Source: an archaeon (GTDB lineage: Archaea; Nanobdellota; Nanobdellia; Woesearchaeales; UBA9642). From it: 64,000 nt of DNA. Every line of letters starts with the position of its first letter. The stretch's first letter is position 1. The position numbers and the translations under genes are program-made. The notes beneath the pieces are model-generated. The model was not told the origin of the DNA. It worked only from the letters and a program-made list of their open reading frames with translations, and made no database searches. The stretch spans positions 64,001-128,000 of the forward strand of contig JAGVGF010000001.1 in assembly GCA_020057295.1 (NCBI GenBank). The letters are read 5' to 3'. Below are positions 28,575-39,255 of this stretch, in pieces.

Positions 28575-29192
28575 ATGTTAACAAATAAAAAACTCAAGGA
28601 ACATCACAAAAAAAGACAGCATGAGATAAAGTCTAGATTAAAAGAGTTTCAAAATAACGGCACAAAATTAAATACTAAGGAATTGTTTACAGAATTATGT
28701 TTTTGTATATGCACACCACAAAGCAAAGCTGTAAAAGTTGCTCAAGTGATTAACAGTTCGAACACGAATAAGTTAATGTGCTTAGAACATGCTAAACTTG
28801 CTGAAATGTTGCGTAGCAACACAAGATTTCATAACAATAAAGCTAAACACATAATAGCTGCAAGAAAGTTTATTCCTAATCTAAAAAATCTAAGTAAAGA
28901 TAGCATACTTGCTAGAGAATTCTTGGTAAGAAATATTAAAGGACTAGGATATAAGGAAGCAAGCCATTATTTAAGAAATATTGGTTACAGAAACTTATGT
29001 ATAGTTGATAGACATGTTATTAATTTAATGCATGAACTTAAAGTGTTTAAGAACAATATTCCACCAAGTACTCCTAAAAAATATGTAGAAATGGAGCAAC
29101 AAATCAAAGATTATGCTAAACTAATAAATATTGATGTTGATGAATTAGATTTAACTTTATGGTCTATAAAAACAGGACATGTGTTCAAATAG
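28575..29192 (+). CDS. ogg: 8-oxoguanine DNA glycosylase/AP lyase (Ogg2 type)
   Basis: ELCFCI.TP, RFHN.KA, KGLGYKEASH.LRN.G, DRH, C-terminal Lys. Confidence 0.92.
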   Translation: MLTNKKLKEHHKKRQHEIKSRLKEFQNNGTKLNTKELFTELCFCICTPQSKAVKVAQVINSSNTNKLMCLEHAKLAEMLRSNTRFHNNKAKHIIAARKFIPNLKNLSKDSILAREFLVRNIKGLGYKEASHYLRNIGYRNLCIVDRHVINLMHELKVFKNNIPPSTPKKYVEMEQQIKDYAKLINIDVDELDLTLWSIKTGHVFK

Positions 29193-29261
29193 TACAAATT
29201 TTGCATAAATATTTTAAAGACAAGCACAAAACATGAAAATAGTAAATTTTGGGGTGAATGA

Positions 29262-29990
29262 TTGAAAAATCCGTTATATCTATTAAATTGCTATTTGAAA
29301 GAATTTGATAGCACAGTTACACACGTTAGTGATGATGGTTCAGAAATTACTTTAGAAGATACAGCATTCTATCCAACCAGTGGTGGTCAGCCACACGATA
29401 ATGGTATAATAACCACAACAGATGGTAGATTGTTTAATGTTATAGATATAATAAAAAAGGATGGTGTAATAGTTCATAAAGTTGATAAAATAGGATTACA
29501 AGTCGGCAATATAATTCACGGAGTTATAGATTGGGAATACCGTTACAAACTTATGAGATATCATACAGCATCACATATATTATCAACATTAATTAATCAG
29601 GAAACAGGTGCTGAAATAACAGGTAATCAATTATATCATGACAAGGCACGTGTAGATTTTAGCTTAGAAAATTTTGATAGAAGCCTGATGCAAGGATTTC
29701 AAAATAAAACTAACGACATTATACGTAAAGGCTTACCCGTAAATTTTAGAATACTTGAACGCGAAGAAGCATTTAAAATACCATCACTAGTAAAATTAAG
29801 AAAACAATTATCAGAAACAATCAAAGAAATACGAATAGTAGATATAGCAGATAATAACTTTGACTTTGATCATCAAGCATGCGGAGGAACACATTTAAAA
29901 AATACTACAGAAATTGGTGAGATAGAAATATACGAACTAGAAAATAAGGGCAAAGAACGTAGAAGAATATATTTCAGAATTAAGGAGTGA
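29262..29990 (+). CDS. alaXM: Alanyl-tRNA editing protein AlaX (medium)
   Basis: FYP..GGQP.D.G, MR.HTA.H, CGGTH. Confidence 0.92.
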   Translation: MKNPLYLLNCYLKEFDSTVTHVSDDGSEITLEDTAFYPTSGGQPHDNGIITTTDGRLFNVIDIIKKDGVIVHKVDKIGLQVGNIIHGVIDWEYRYKLMRYHTASHILSTLINQETGAEITGNQLYHDKARVDFSLENFDRSLMQGFQNKTNDIIRKGLPVNFRILEREEAFKIPSLVKLRKQLSETIKEIRIVDIADNNFDFDHQACGGTHLKNTTEIGEIEIYELENKGKERRRIYFRIKE

Positions 29991-31081
29991 ATATAATGGA
30001 TGAACGTATAGGGATGGCAATATTCTTAACAATATTTTTATCAATTTATGGATTATTAAATTTTTTCATATTATCAATGTATGCACGCTTATTTAAAATC
30101 GATAAGGGATACATATTTTATATCATACTAGTACTATCAGCATTATCTTATCTTATAGCAAACATGATTATAGCAAATCATAGCGATGCAATAAGCAGAG
30201 GAGTATATTATATCGCAGGATTATGGATGGGTTTCATGTTTTATTCGTTCTGTGTATTACTGATATATTTTGTGATTGATTTAGCTACTCCAATCACAAG
30301 TAAATTGTTAGGAATAATAATCTTGTTAGGTGTTTTAAGCATACTCATTTATGGAGTTTTTAATGCTGAAAAGTTGACTGTTAAGGAAATAAATATACAA
30401 ACTAGTAAGAACGCTGATTTGCGTGTAGTGCAGTTTAGTGATATACATCTTGGAGCAGTATATGGCAAGGATAGGCTTAATGATGTTGTTGTTAAAATCA
30501 ATGAGCTCAAGCCAGATGTTGTAGTAATAACAGGAGATTTGATTGATGGAAAATATAATTATGATAAATCTATTTTTCAATTATTAAACAATATCACTGC
30601 AGATATTTATCTTGTTTCTGGTAATCATGAACAATATGCTGGTTTCGCACTTGTTGAAGATTTGCTTAATGGAACAAAGGTTAAATGGTTGCGTGATGAA
30701 GTTATAGAATATCATGGAATACAAATTATTGGATTAAGCGATAGTGGTGATAAATTAAAAGTCAATATGATGCTTGAATCAATGAATGTAAGTACAAAAT
30801 TAGATTCTGATAAATATAAAATATTATTATATCATAGACCAACAGGATGGAAAGATGCGTCAAAATATGTTGATTTAATGTTATCTGGACATACGCATGC
30901 TGGACAAATATGGCCTTTTAAGTATTTATCATGGATTGAGGCACATGCAGCACACGGAGTGTATAGGATTGATGGTGGAGAATTTATGCTGTATGTTAGT
31001 CCAGGCACAGGAGGATGGGGTCCTCCGATGAGAGTAGGCTCACATCCTGAAATAACAGTATTTAATATACAGAAACAATAG
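29987..31081 (+). CDS. Membrane-bound metallophosphoesterase (YkuE/YaeI-like)
   Basis: 4 TM then SDIH, TGD..D, GNHE, H.P, SGHTHAGQ, WGPPMR.G. Confidence 0.9.
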   Translation: MNIMDERIGMAIFLTIFLSIYGLLNFFILSMYARLFKIDKGYIFYIILVLSALSYLIANMIIANHSDAISRGVYYIAGLWMGFMFYSFCVLLIYFVIDLATPITSKLLGIIILLGVLSILIYGVFNAEKLTVKEINIQTSKNADLRVVQFSDIHLGAVYGKDRLNDVVVKINELKPDVVVITGDLIDGKYNYDKSIFQLLNNITADIYLVSGNHEQYAGFALVEDLLNGTKVKWLRDEVIEYHGIQIIGLSDSGDKLKVNMMLESMNVSTKLDSDKYKILLYHRPTGWKDASKYVDLMLSGHTHAGQIWPFKYLSWIEAHAAHGVYRIDGGEFMLYVSPGTGGWGPPMRVGSHPEITVFNIQKQ

Positions 31082-31295
31082 TTTATATCGTGAAGAATAT
31101 GATTTGATATTAATAAAATTCTGTTGATTAAAAAGAGTCATATTTTATCATATAAAGACTTATTTTGTGCGTATTTTAATCATTTTTTCTATTCTAATGT
31201 AGTATAAAAACATAACTTTTATAAATAAGCGTGCTCAAGATATGTATGTAATTGTGCTTAGGATAAGTATGTTAGAGGCTGACAGGTGATTTGCA

Positions 31296-31847
31296 ATGGA
31301 TTCTATTGAGCGAATGCGAAGAATAAATGATTTAACCAAAGAGTTAAAACAGAGAGGATTTGCAGAATCATCGTTTGAGGCTATAAAACAAGCTAATCAA
31401 ATATATGGTAGTGATGATTTGGATGATCATGTTAAGCATGGGATAATACAAAATAGTCCGCATGAACGTATGACAAAGGAGGATACAATGGGTGATGATA
31501 GCATACCTTTTAGTGATCGTAAGACAGCGAAACTCAGTGAGAACGTTGATGTACTAACTAATAAGATGAATGAAATTATTAGAGCAATAAATGATTTGGA
31601 TGGCAGACTTGCAGATATAAAATCAAAGCAAGATAAAATGTTAATTACATTAAACGCTAGACCTGAACCAAGATTAGAACCAAAAATGGAATCTAAAGTT
31701 GAACATGTTGAAGCTAAGCAGGAACAACCTCATGAATCATCTCCAGCTGCGGTAAAAGATGAATATAGTATAAATCAAAGAACAGGTAATTTTCAAAGTC
31801 AAGATGTCGCCATAGATAAAATGTTTTATTATGGTAATAAAAAATAG
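31296..31847 (+). CDS. Hypothetical protein with central coiled coil
   Basis: RBS aggtga; C-terminal GNF.S.DV.I.K.FY.G motif. Confidence 0.7.
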   Translation: MDSIERMRRINDLTKELKQRGFAESSFEAIKQANQIYGSDDLDDHVKHGIIQNSPHERMTKEDTMGDDSIPFSDRKTAKLSENVDVLTNKMNEIIRAINDLDGRLADIKSKQDKMLITLNARPEPRLEPKMESKVEHVEAKQEQPHESSPAAVKDEYSINQRTGNFQSQDVAIDKMFYYGNKK

Positions 31848-31859
31848 GAAGGTGAAAAA

Positions 31860-32009
31860 ATGGCAGAAGGATATTGTGTAAAATGTAAGGCAAAGGCTGA
31901 AATGATTGATTCGAAAGAAACAACGATGAAGAATGGTAGAAAAGCATTAAAGGGTAAGTGCAAGAAGTGCGGTACAGGAATGTATAAAATATTAGGAATG
32001 AGTAAGTAA
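31860..32009 (+). CDS. DUF5679 zinc-ribbon protein, Cren7-like (not in ORF track)
   Basis: MAEGYCVKCKAKAEMIDSKETTMKNGRKALKGKCKKCGTGMYKILGMSK; RBS aaggtga. Confidence 0.85.
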   Translation: MAEGYCVKCKAKAEMIDSKETTMKNGRKALKGKCKKCGTGMYKILGMSK

Positions 32010-32039
32010 GCTCATTCAATACTTTTTTTATAATTTACC

Positions 32040-32249
32040 ATGGCAGATGAAGAAGAACTAGTTGATTGTGTAATGGCAGTCGATGAGACACTGTCGGAAG
32101 TTGAGGAAGCTCTCGAAGAAAAAAATTATTCTACAGCGTTAAGAAAATTGCGCGAAGCTCGTGAAGCAATAAATGAATTAAGAAGTGATGATGAATCTGA
32201 AGAGGATCATCAAGAAGCAGACATGAATGTTGCTAAAAAACTTACGTAA
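32040..32249 (+). CDS. Small acidic helical protein
   Basis: Paralog of 32399-32602 (DC...D..L.E.E.A....N...A..KLR..RE.I..LR). Confidence 0.7.
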   Translation: MADEEELVDCVMAVDETLSEVEEALEEKNYSTALRKLREAREAINELRSDDESEEDHQEADMNVAKKLT

Positions 32250-32398
32250 GAAGTGAATTCTTAGGCACATGTTCATAACATTTATAAATATAATATACTT
32301 TTCTTTATATTAATATACATAAACGTATACTAATATATTTTTATTGTATTTAATTTAGTTATATAAAAATAGAATATTTACAACAGATTGTGAAATAC

Positions 32399-32602
32399 AT
32401 GAATAAAGAGAATATAATTGATTGCATACTAGAAATAGATGTAGCTCTAGCGGAAATTGAATCGGCGATATTACACCAAAATCATATTTTAGCAATACAC
32501 AAATTAAGAAACGTTCGTGAAGTGATAGATGATCTGCGCCAAGAAGATTGTGCAATGGATGATAGAGAAATAGATATGCATATTATGCAAATAATAAGAT
32601 AA
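32399..32602 (+). CDS. Small helical protein, tandem paralog
   Basis: Aligns with 32040-32249; own TATA at about 32359. Confidence 0.65.
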   Translation: MNKENIIDCILEIDVALAEIESAILHQNHILAIHKLRNVREVIDDLRQEDCAMDDREIDMHIMQIIR

Positions 32603-32689
32603 TCAATAAACAAGATTAAATATATAAAAAAAGCGTTATTCAATAATTAAAATAATAATATTTTTAAACTCGTATTCTCATAAAGGGTT

Positions 32690-32842
32690 ATGCCTAGCGA
32701 TGATGATGATATGGGTATAGCATTAGATGACGATTCAGTAGATGACGAACCGATACCTGCAAGACGCGATACAAGGATATTTCATCGAAAAAAAGAAAAA
32801 AACGACAAAGATGATGATTTTGACGAAGATATATTTGTATAA
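32690..32842 (+). CDS. 50-aa Asp-rich protein (not in ORF track)
   Basis: MPSDDDDMGIALDDDSVDDEPIPARRDTRIFHRKKEKNDKDDDFDEDIFV; TATA-like tttttaaa at about 32661. Confidence 0.55.
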   Translation: MPSDDDDMGIALDDDSVDDEPIPARRDTRIFHRKKEKNDKDDDFDEDIFV

Positions 32843-33017
32843 GTTCTATTTATAGTATTATAAGGTAATTTTATCTTTATGTGTGAATATTTTCTCGCTT
32901 TATTATCACTTCTTCACAAATTATATAAAGAAGTGTGTTATAACAATCACTAGTGTATGTTAATGCACAACTATTTTGTTATTATACTATTAAAAAGAAT
33001 ATTTTGGAGGGATTTAT

Positions 33018-33353
33018 ATGTTAATGATAGATGATAAAAATTTTAAGAGTGATGTACTAAACAGTAAGACACCTGTACTTGTAGATTTCTATGCAGACTG
33101 GTGTGGACCGTGTAGAATGTTAGGACCGGTATTAGAGGAACTATCTGAGGATAAAGATTTTAATGGTAAATTAAAATTTGCCAAATTAAATACTGAAGAA
33201 CATCCTGAATTAGCAGAACAGTTCAATGTTCAAGGAATACCTTGTTTAATATTTATACAAAATGGTAAAGAAGCTACTAGAGTAGTAGGATTTGCCCCGA
33301 AACCTGTAATGAAAGCTAAAATACAGTCAGCGTTGGACAGTATTAGTAAGTGA
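33018..33353 (+). CDS. trxA: Thioredoxin
   Basis: DFYADWCGPC, cis-Pro GIP; RBS ggagg. Confidence 0.96.
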   Translation: MLMIDDKNFKSDVLNSKTPVLVDFYADWCGPCRMLGPVLEELSEDKDFNGKLKFAKLNTEEHPELAEQFNVQGIPCLIFIQNGKEATRVVGFAPKPVMKAKIQSALDSISK

Positions 33354-33357
33354 AAAG

Positions 33358-33696
33358 ATGGAATTTGCATGTAAAAACATCGATGTACAAGATATTATAG
33401 CTTGTAGCTTGGGATTGAAAAAATCTGAATATAAAGTATTTGAATTATTGCTAGCAAGTAATCATGTAACAATTAAGGAATTATCAAAAAAATTAGGTCT
33501 TGATAGGACTACATTGCAAAAAGTTCTGAAGAATTTTGTATCTAATGATCTTGTGGATAGATATCAAGAAAATCTTGATAATGGCGGATATATATTTGTT
33601 TATAAAATTAGAGATAAAAGCATTCTTAAAAAAAGAATAAATTCTGCAATTGATAAATGGCATACAACAGCAAGACATGCAGTAGATAAATGGTAA
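33358..33696 (+). CDS. TrmB-like HTH regulator (COG3355-like)
   Basis: C..GL...E..V...L, DR.T.Q..L..., NL..GGY...Y. Confidence 0.8.
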   Translation: MEFACKNIDVQDIIACSLGLKKSEYKVFELLLASNHVTIKELSKKLGLDRTTLQKVLKNFVSNDLVDRYQENLDNGGYIFVYKIRDKSILKKRINSAIDKWHTTARHAVDKW

Positions 33697-33749
33697 TAAA
33701 ATAGATTTATTAGAAATTTATGATTTGAAATGTATACTTTTTCGAAAAA

Positions 33750-34373
33750 TCAAATTTTCTTTTTTAACATTTTTCTTTGTTTATGTTCAACAAGATATTC
33801 TTTTTTAGACAATATCCATATCATCGCCACACTAGAACCTAAAAAATTAAAAACTAAATCAAAAGCATTATTCAAATAATCTCCTACACGATCTCCAGCA
33901 TTAAAAAACAATACTGCGCCTAGTTCCATTATCTCATTTATTGCGCCTATTCCTAAAACAATAAAGACCATCAATAAATATAAGACTATCTTATTATAAT
34001 GCATTTTTTCATGTAAATAATTCTTTACCATATCATAAACTGCTAATACTAATATAAAACTGGTTACAAAATGAACAAAATTATCATATTTTACTATATT
34101 TTCTATGAGCCAAGTGTCATAAAGTCTTATTCCATGAATGTATAGATTACCACCTAAGACATGTATCAATTGTGCGAAGCTTAAACCAACAAGGCTTGAG
34201 AATGATAATTGTAGAGTTTTATGATATCTTACTAAAAGTACAAATATAACTAGAACTATAATTCCGTAGTATACAAATTCTTTATTACCTTTAAATAAAC
34301 CATACAAAGCAAAGAATAATAAATATGCTCCGGTGAATATCAAAACAATGTTTAAGCTTTTATCTTTATTCAT
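33750..34373 (-). CDS. DUF2238-like membrane protein
   Basis: H..GG...LY, YD..VH, G.GA.NE..E, Y.N...DL..N..G. Confidence 0.7.
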   Translation of the reverse strand: MNKDKSLNIVLIFTGAYLLFFALYGLFKGNKEFVYYGIIVLVIFVLLVRYHKTLQLSFSSLVGLSFAQLIHVLGGNLYIHGIRLYDTWLIENIVKYDNFVHFVTSFILVLAVYDMVKNYLHEKMHYNKIVLYLLMVFIVLGIGAINEIMELGAVLFFNAGDRVGDYLNNAFDLVFNFLGSSVAMIWILSKKEYLVEHKQRKMLKKKI

Positions 34374-34458
34374 AATATATAATTTGATAAAGTATTTATA
34401 TAGTTAATTCTTTAAGAAAAAATATAAAATATATTTTTAAAATCATTTCAAAATAAAA

Positions 34459-37400
34459 TTATTTTTCTAAGAATTCTTGCGGCAATTCTTTCAAATCTAT
34501 TAGCCTCTGAAATAAGTACAAACGTAATTCTGGAGGCCAACTCTCATCAATTTCTTTCTTATAAGTTTTTAATGCCGCAATAAAATCTTCACGAACGTGT
34601 TTTTTTCCATCAATAATCTCTACAATATGTTCTCTTATCGGAAAAGGTACTCTCTTAAGATTCCAAGCCATAACTTTAAGATCTTCAGATTCTTGATTTT
34701 TTGATTCTTCACGATCCTTTTCTTGTTTTTTCCAAAAAGTATCATAAGTAAATACTGAATCATCTATTTTGGAACGTTCTTCCTTAGTGAACTTTTTACC
34801 TTGCTTTAATGAAATTTTTGCTTTAACCATATCATGCATTCTTCGTAAAAATGCTAATTTATCTTCCATTTTCATTATATCGGTATATCCCATAGTGATT
34901 ATATTAAATGCAAAAGGACTGGGCATGTCTGTATATGTTTCCGTAATGGCTATGCGTTTATGTTCTATAGCTTCTATGACTTTTTCAGAATTTTTGATAT
35001 CCATTAAATCCTCTAATATTTCTCTGCGTGCTTCCTTTAATATCGGAAAATCTTCACTAATCCTCCTAACACTACTAATTAATAATCTTGATGACAATTG
35101 TTGTCTACCAACACTTTTACGCTTACCCATATATGTTCTAAGAATCATCATAGCACGGGTTGCACAATGTCTAAATCTTCTACCTAAAACTTCAGATTTG
35201 TCTAATGACATTTCTGCTACACTACGCAAATCCTTAGCTTTAATAAGGTTAAATGCTCTGGCTGCTTGAATACTATCTTCAGTTAATATGTAAAATCCGT
35301 TATCATTAATATTTATTTCAACATCCTTATGTTGTACTCTAGAAATTACTAATCCTAAAACTCTTGATAATACATCGTTAACCCTTCGACCATATAATGT
35401 ATGAAATATTATATATTTCTTTTTATCTTCTGTAAAATATTCTATAGTAATTCTTTTGTCGTGTGGAATAATTGAATATTCATATTGTTGATGAAAATAT
35501 TCATATATTGCATTAGCACCATATTCATCTACATATAAATATTTATGAATAAAATCCATTAATTCCTCTTTACCAGAATTCTTCTCAAAATGTTCATTCA
35601 TTAATCTTCTAAACTTTTGTATCTCAAGTGATAAATCAAAGGATAATGGTAAAGTTTCTGAAGCCCAACTAGGAACAGTAGGAGGTCTATTAACACTAGT
35701 TTTAACAAACGCAGTCATACCTTGAGCATACATAAATTCATATGTATTTCCTCCTAATACAAACACATCTCCTCTTTTTAATCTTTCTAGAAAATTTTCA
35801 TCAATCTTTCCAATGAATTGTTCATCATCTTTAATACTTGCACCATGAAGTTTTACTTTAATGAATGATTCATCAGGAATTGTTCCTATATTAGTCATGT
35901 ACAGGACTCGAGCCATTTTTCCTTTCTTACCAATCATTCCATTACTTTCATCATACCAAATCTTTGCATAAACATTTCTATCTTCTAAAGAAACATATTG
36001 TCCTGTCAAATATCTTATTACTTCAATAAAATCTTTTCTTGGAAGTGTACGATAACAATAACTTCCTTTAACAATGCCATAAACTTCATCTAGACTTCTA
36101 GATTCTTCAACGGCCATCCCAAATATCTCTTGCGCAAGTACATCTAATGGATTTTCCGGAATATCTACCTTGTCAATCTTATGCTCTATAGCAGCTTTTA
36201 GTAATACTGAACATTCAACTAAATCATCTCTATCTAAAACTATTATTCTGCCTTTAGATATATCATGTAATTTATGTCCACTCCTGCCAATTCTTTGTAG
36301 GGCTCGAGCAACACTTTTGGGACTGCCGAGCAAGATCACTAAATCTATATAACCTATATCTATGCCTAATTCTAGACTTGTTGATGACACTACACATTTT
36401 AATTTTCCTTGTTTTAATCTATTTTCAATGTTTAATCTATGATCTTTGCTTAAACTTGAATGATGAGCACCAATAAATGATCGTGCATCAACGTCAAATT
36501 TTGCACCATCTAAATCTTCATTGCTGCTGCCTTCATCTAGTTTAACATAATTTTTAGGAAATCTATCCTTCAAATGATGTACTACACGTTCTGTAGCACT
36601 TCTAGTATTGGTAAATATTAATGTGGTCTTATGATCCTGAATAAGTTTATCTAATAACTCATACATTTTATCATGCGTAGTCTTAAAATCTGATTCTATA
36701 AGATTTGGCACAGGACTCAAAACTTTGAGATCCATTTTCTTAATATTTTGTACATCAATAATTTTACACGGCCGAAATTTTTCCAATTCAGCATTTTCCA
36801 TTCCAACAAGAAACTGTGCAATTTTTTCTAATGGAGAAACCGTTGCACTTAATCCTATTCGCGTGAACTCACTATTAGGATTTGCTTTTTTAACAAGAGC
36901 ATTTAATCTTTCCATACATACTGATAATTGTGTTCCACGCTTACTACTTGCAATAGCATGTATTTCATCTACTATGACCCATTCTACATTATTTAATTTT
37001 TCTCTGAATTTTGGACTAGTAAGCATTATTCCAAGACTTTCTGGAGTCGTAATAATAATATGAGGAGATTTTTTAAGCATTGAAGATTTTTCCGAAGCCG
37101 TAGTATCACCCGTTCTAATAGCTACCCTTATAGCATCTAATTTATCTGAAGCTCCCTTAACACTTTTTTCAGCAATTTCTCTTAATTCCTTTAACGGCAG
37201 ATTAAGATTCTTTTCAATATCATTAGCCAAAGCCTTTAATGGACTAATATATATACAATAAACTTTATTTTCAATCAAACCTTTACCAGCTAATTGAATT
37301 AATTCATTAAGTATGGCTGTAAACGCAGATAGTGTTTTTCCAGAACCAGTAGGACTACTAATAAGAGTGTTTTCTCTCCTATGAATATTCATTATAGAAA

Positions 37401-37515
37401 ATTTTTGTGGAGGACTAAATTCCTTAAATTTATCTTTAAACCAAGTTCTAACCAATGGACAGAGTACGTTAAATGTTTCATCATCCGAATACGGTTTTGA
37501 CATAAATTCAATCAT
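34459..37515 (-). CDS. lhr: Lhr-family ATP-dependent helicase
   Basis: PTGSGKT, SPLKALAND, TTPESL, DEIH, HHSSL, SLELGIDIG, QRIGRSGH, PSPFA. Confidence 0.93.
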   Translation of the reverse strand: MIEFMSKPYSDDETFNVLCPLVRTWFKDKFKEFSPPQKFSIMNIHRRENTLISSPTGSGKTLSAFTAILNELIQLAGKGLIENKVYCIYISPLKALANDIEKNLNLPLKELREIAEKSVKGASDKLDAIRVAIRTGDTTASEKSSMLKKSPHIIITTPESLGIMLTSPKFREKLNNVEWVIVDEIHAIASSKRGTQLSVCMERLNALVKKANPNSEFTRIGLSATVSPLEKIAQFLVGMENAELEKFRPCKIIDVQNIKKMDLKVLSPVPNLIESDFKTTHDKMYELLDKLIQDHKTTLIFTNTRSATERVVHHLKDRFPKNYVKLDEGSSNEDLDGAKFDVDARSFIGAHHSSLSKDHRLNIENRLKQGKLKCVVSSTSLELGIDIGYIDLVILLGSPKSVARALQRIGRSGHKLHDISKGRIIVLDRDDLVECSVLLKAAIEHKIDKVDIPENPLDVLAQEIFGMAVEESRSLDEVYGIVKGSYCYRTLPRKDFIEVIRYLTGQYVSLEDRNVYAKIWYDESNGMIGKKGKMARVLYMTNIGTIPDESFIKVKLHGASIKDDEQFIGKIDENFLERLKRGDVFVLGGNTYEFMYAQGMTAFVKTSVNRPPTVPSWASETLPLSFDLSLEIQKFRRLMNEHFEKNSGKEELMDFIHKYLYVDEYGANAIYEYFHQQYEYSIIPHDKRITIEYFTEDKKKYIIFHTLYGRRVNDVLSRVLGLVISRVQHKDVEININDNGFYILTEDSIQAARAFNLIKAKDLRSVAEMSLDKSEVLGRRFRHCATRAMMILRTYMGKRKSVGRQQLSSRLLISSVRRISEDFPILKEARREILEDLMDIKNSEKVIEAIEHKRIAITETYTDMPSPFAFNIITMGYTDIMKMEDKLAFLRRMHDMVKAKISLKQGKKFTKEERSKIDDSVFTYDTFWKKQEKDREESKNQESEDLKVMAWNLKRVPFPIREHIVEIIDGKKHVREDFIAALKTYKKEIDESWPPELRLYLFQRLIDLKELPQEFLEK

Positions 37516-37600
37516 AGAATCACGACGTGAAAGATATCCTTCTGAGTATATCAAATTAATTTAAAAGTGTTATGCAAGAATGTCTAGTGCTCAATCTATT

Positions 37601-38350
37601 TTATTTGTAAGATGCGTTTGTATGGATTTGGTTATTTTGCGTATATGCACTTTTTGTTGTTTGATCTACATCTAATTTTTCAAGAGGTGGTGGAGCAAGA
37701 TACCATAAAGTTATAGCTGTAGCCGCACATACGGTTATGAATCCATACGCCATTCTTTTTTTGTATGTTATAGATTTGTTGCTTAACCAATTCTCGAATT
37801 TTTCAAGTTTAGGTCTTAAACGCCTTTTTACTTCTATGTTTAGATATGGAATTTTCATATGTGTTTCTAAATTATTTCTCTTTCTTGATTCTTTGATGGA
37901 TTTTTTTCCAAAAACGTCTTTGAACACATCAACGACATAGAATCCTAACGGCGCGGCTACTAAACTTATGCCGCTGCTCCATAATACTGCAGTCCATATC
38001 TTGTCCGGATCATGCTCGCCTGAAGATAAATAAATACCTATCTTCATCAAAGGTCCAACTATAGCTCCATAAACCATATCAATTGGTATTTTGACATATG
38101 CGGGGCTAGTTGGTTTTTCTCCTAACGCTTTTCCAAAGTATTGCCTTCCTTCAGCTACGAAAGGTAATGTTAGATACAAAAATGCTGCATTTCTAAATCT
38201 AGAATTAAAGTATACTGTATCATTCATTCTTGCCAAATATTTTTCGACGTATGTTGCTGGAGCTATGAAAGAAGAGGTTATAGCTGTCGATTCTGGAATA
38301 TAATCTATTATTTCATCACAGATATATTTAGCTTTACTAAAAAAAGACAT
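37601..38350 (-). CDS. Membrane protein, possibly AlaE-like
   Basis: ESTA......E...A.M......SR pattern weakly resembles AlaE; several TMs. Confidence 0.4.
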   Translation of the reverse strand: MSFFSKAKYICDEIIDYIPESTAITSSFIAPATYVEKYLARMNDTVYFNSRFRNAAFLYLTLPFVAEGRQYFGKALGEKPTSPAYVKIPIDMVYGAIVGPLMKIGIYLSSGEHDPDKIWTAVLWSSGISLVAAPLGFYVVDVFKDVFGKKSIKESRKRNNLETHMKIPYLNIEVKRRLRPKLEKFENWLSNKSITYKKRMAYGFITVCAATAITLWYLAPPPLEKLDVDQTTKSAYTQNNQIHTNASYK

Positions 38351-38455
38351 AACTATAGAGTAGTCAAAATATTTATAAAGTTATTGCCATTTGAGCCGCG
38401 AGAACAAATAGACATCATCACCACCTTTTTATATTGCATCAGATTTTTACATTCA

Positions 38456-39208
38456 ATGATAACTTTCTGGGGCATGGTAAATAGAGTAATTAATGATGCA
38501 GATATATTATTATTAGTTCTTGATTCTAGAATGGCTCAAGAAACTAGAAATTTAGAAATTGAAAATAAAGTCAAAGCTTCAGGCAAACCATTAATATATG
38601 TTTTAAACAAATGTGACTTGGTGGACAAACACGTTGTTGAACAGTATAAAAGAACTATTCCTAATTCAATATTTATTTCAGCAACTAAACATTTAGGAAC
38701 TGTAAAATTACGTGAAAAAATTCAAATTGCTGCGAGCAGATTAAAGCTTGACTCAAACGTGAAAGTAGGAGTATTAGGATATCCTAACGTTGGTAAATCC
38801 TCACTGATAAATTCTTTAAAAGGAAGAAGTGCGACAAAAACTAGCAGTATAAGTGGATACACTAAAGGAATACAAAAAGTTAGAACAAGCGGAATAATAT
38901 TATTAGACACTCCTGGAGTCATACCATATCTAGAAAAAGATCAGTTAAAACACAATATTATTGGAACAATAGATCACAATAAAGAAAAAGATCCAGATAT
39001 TGTAGCAATGAAGTTAATGACAGCATTTCCTGGAATTATAGAACAATACTATAATGTATATGTAACTGATGATTTAGAAAAAACACTAGAAAATATTGCA
39101 TTAAAAAGAAAAATGATTATTAAAGGTTCAAAACCAGACATTGAACGAGTATCCAAGATGATATTAAAAGATTGGCAAAGCGGAGATATAACAAGTAAAA
39201 AATATTAG
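38456..39208 (+). CDS. Circularly permuted ribosome-biogenesis GTPase (YlqF/RbgA family)
   Basis: VLDSR, NKCDL, G.PNVGKSS, DTPG in permuted order. Confidence 0.92.
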   Translation: MITFWGMVNRVINDADILLLVLDSRMAQETRNLEIENKVKASGKPLIYVLNKCDLVDKHVVEQYKRTIPNSIFISATKHLGTVKLREKIQIAASRLKLDSNVKVGVLGYPNVGKSSLINSLKGRSATKTSSISGYTKGIQKVRTSGIILLDTPGVIPYLEKDQLKHNIIGTIDHNKEKDPDIVAMKLMTAFPGIIEQYYNVYVTDDLEKTLENIALKRKMIIKGSKPDIERVSKMILKDWQSGDITSKKY

Positions 39209-39255
39209 CCAAATTATAATTAATATAGTATAATAGAAGTTAATGGAAATAAATT

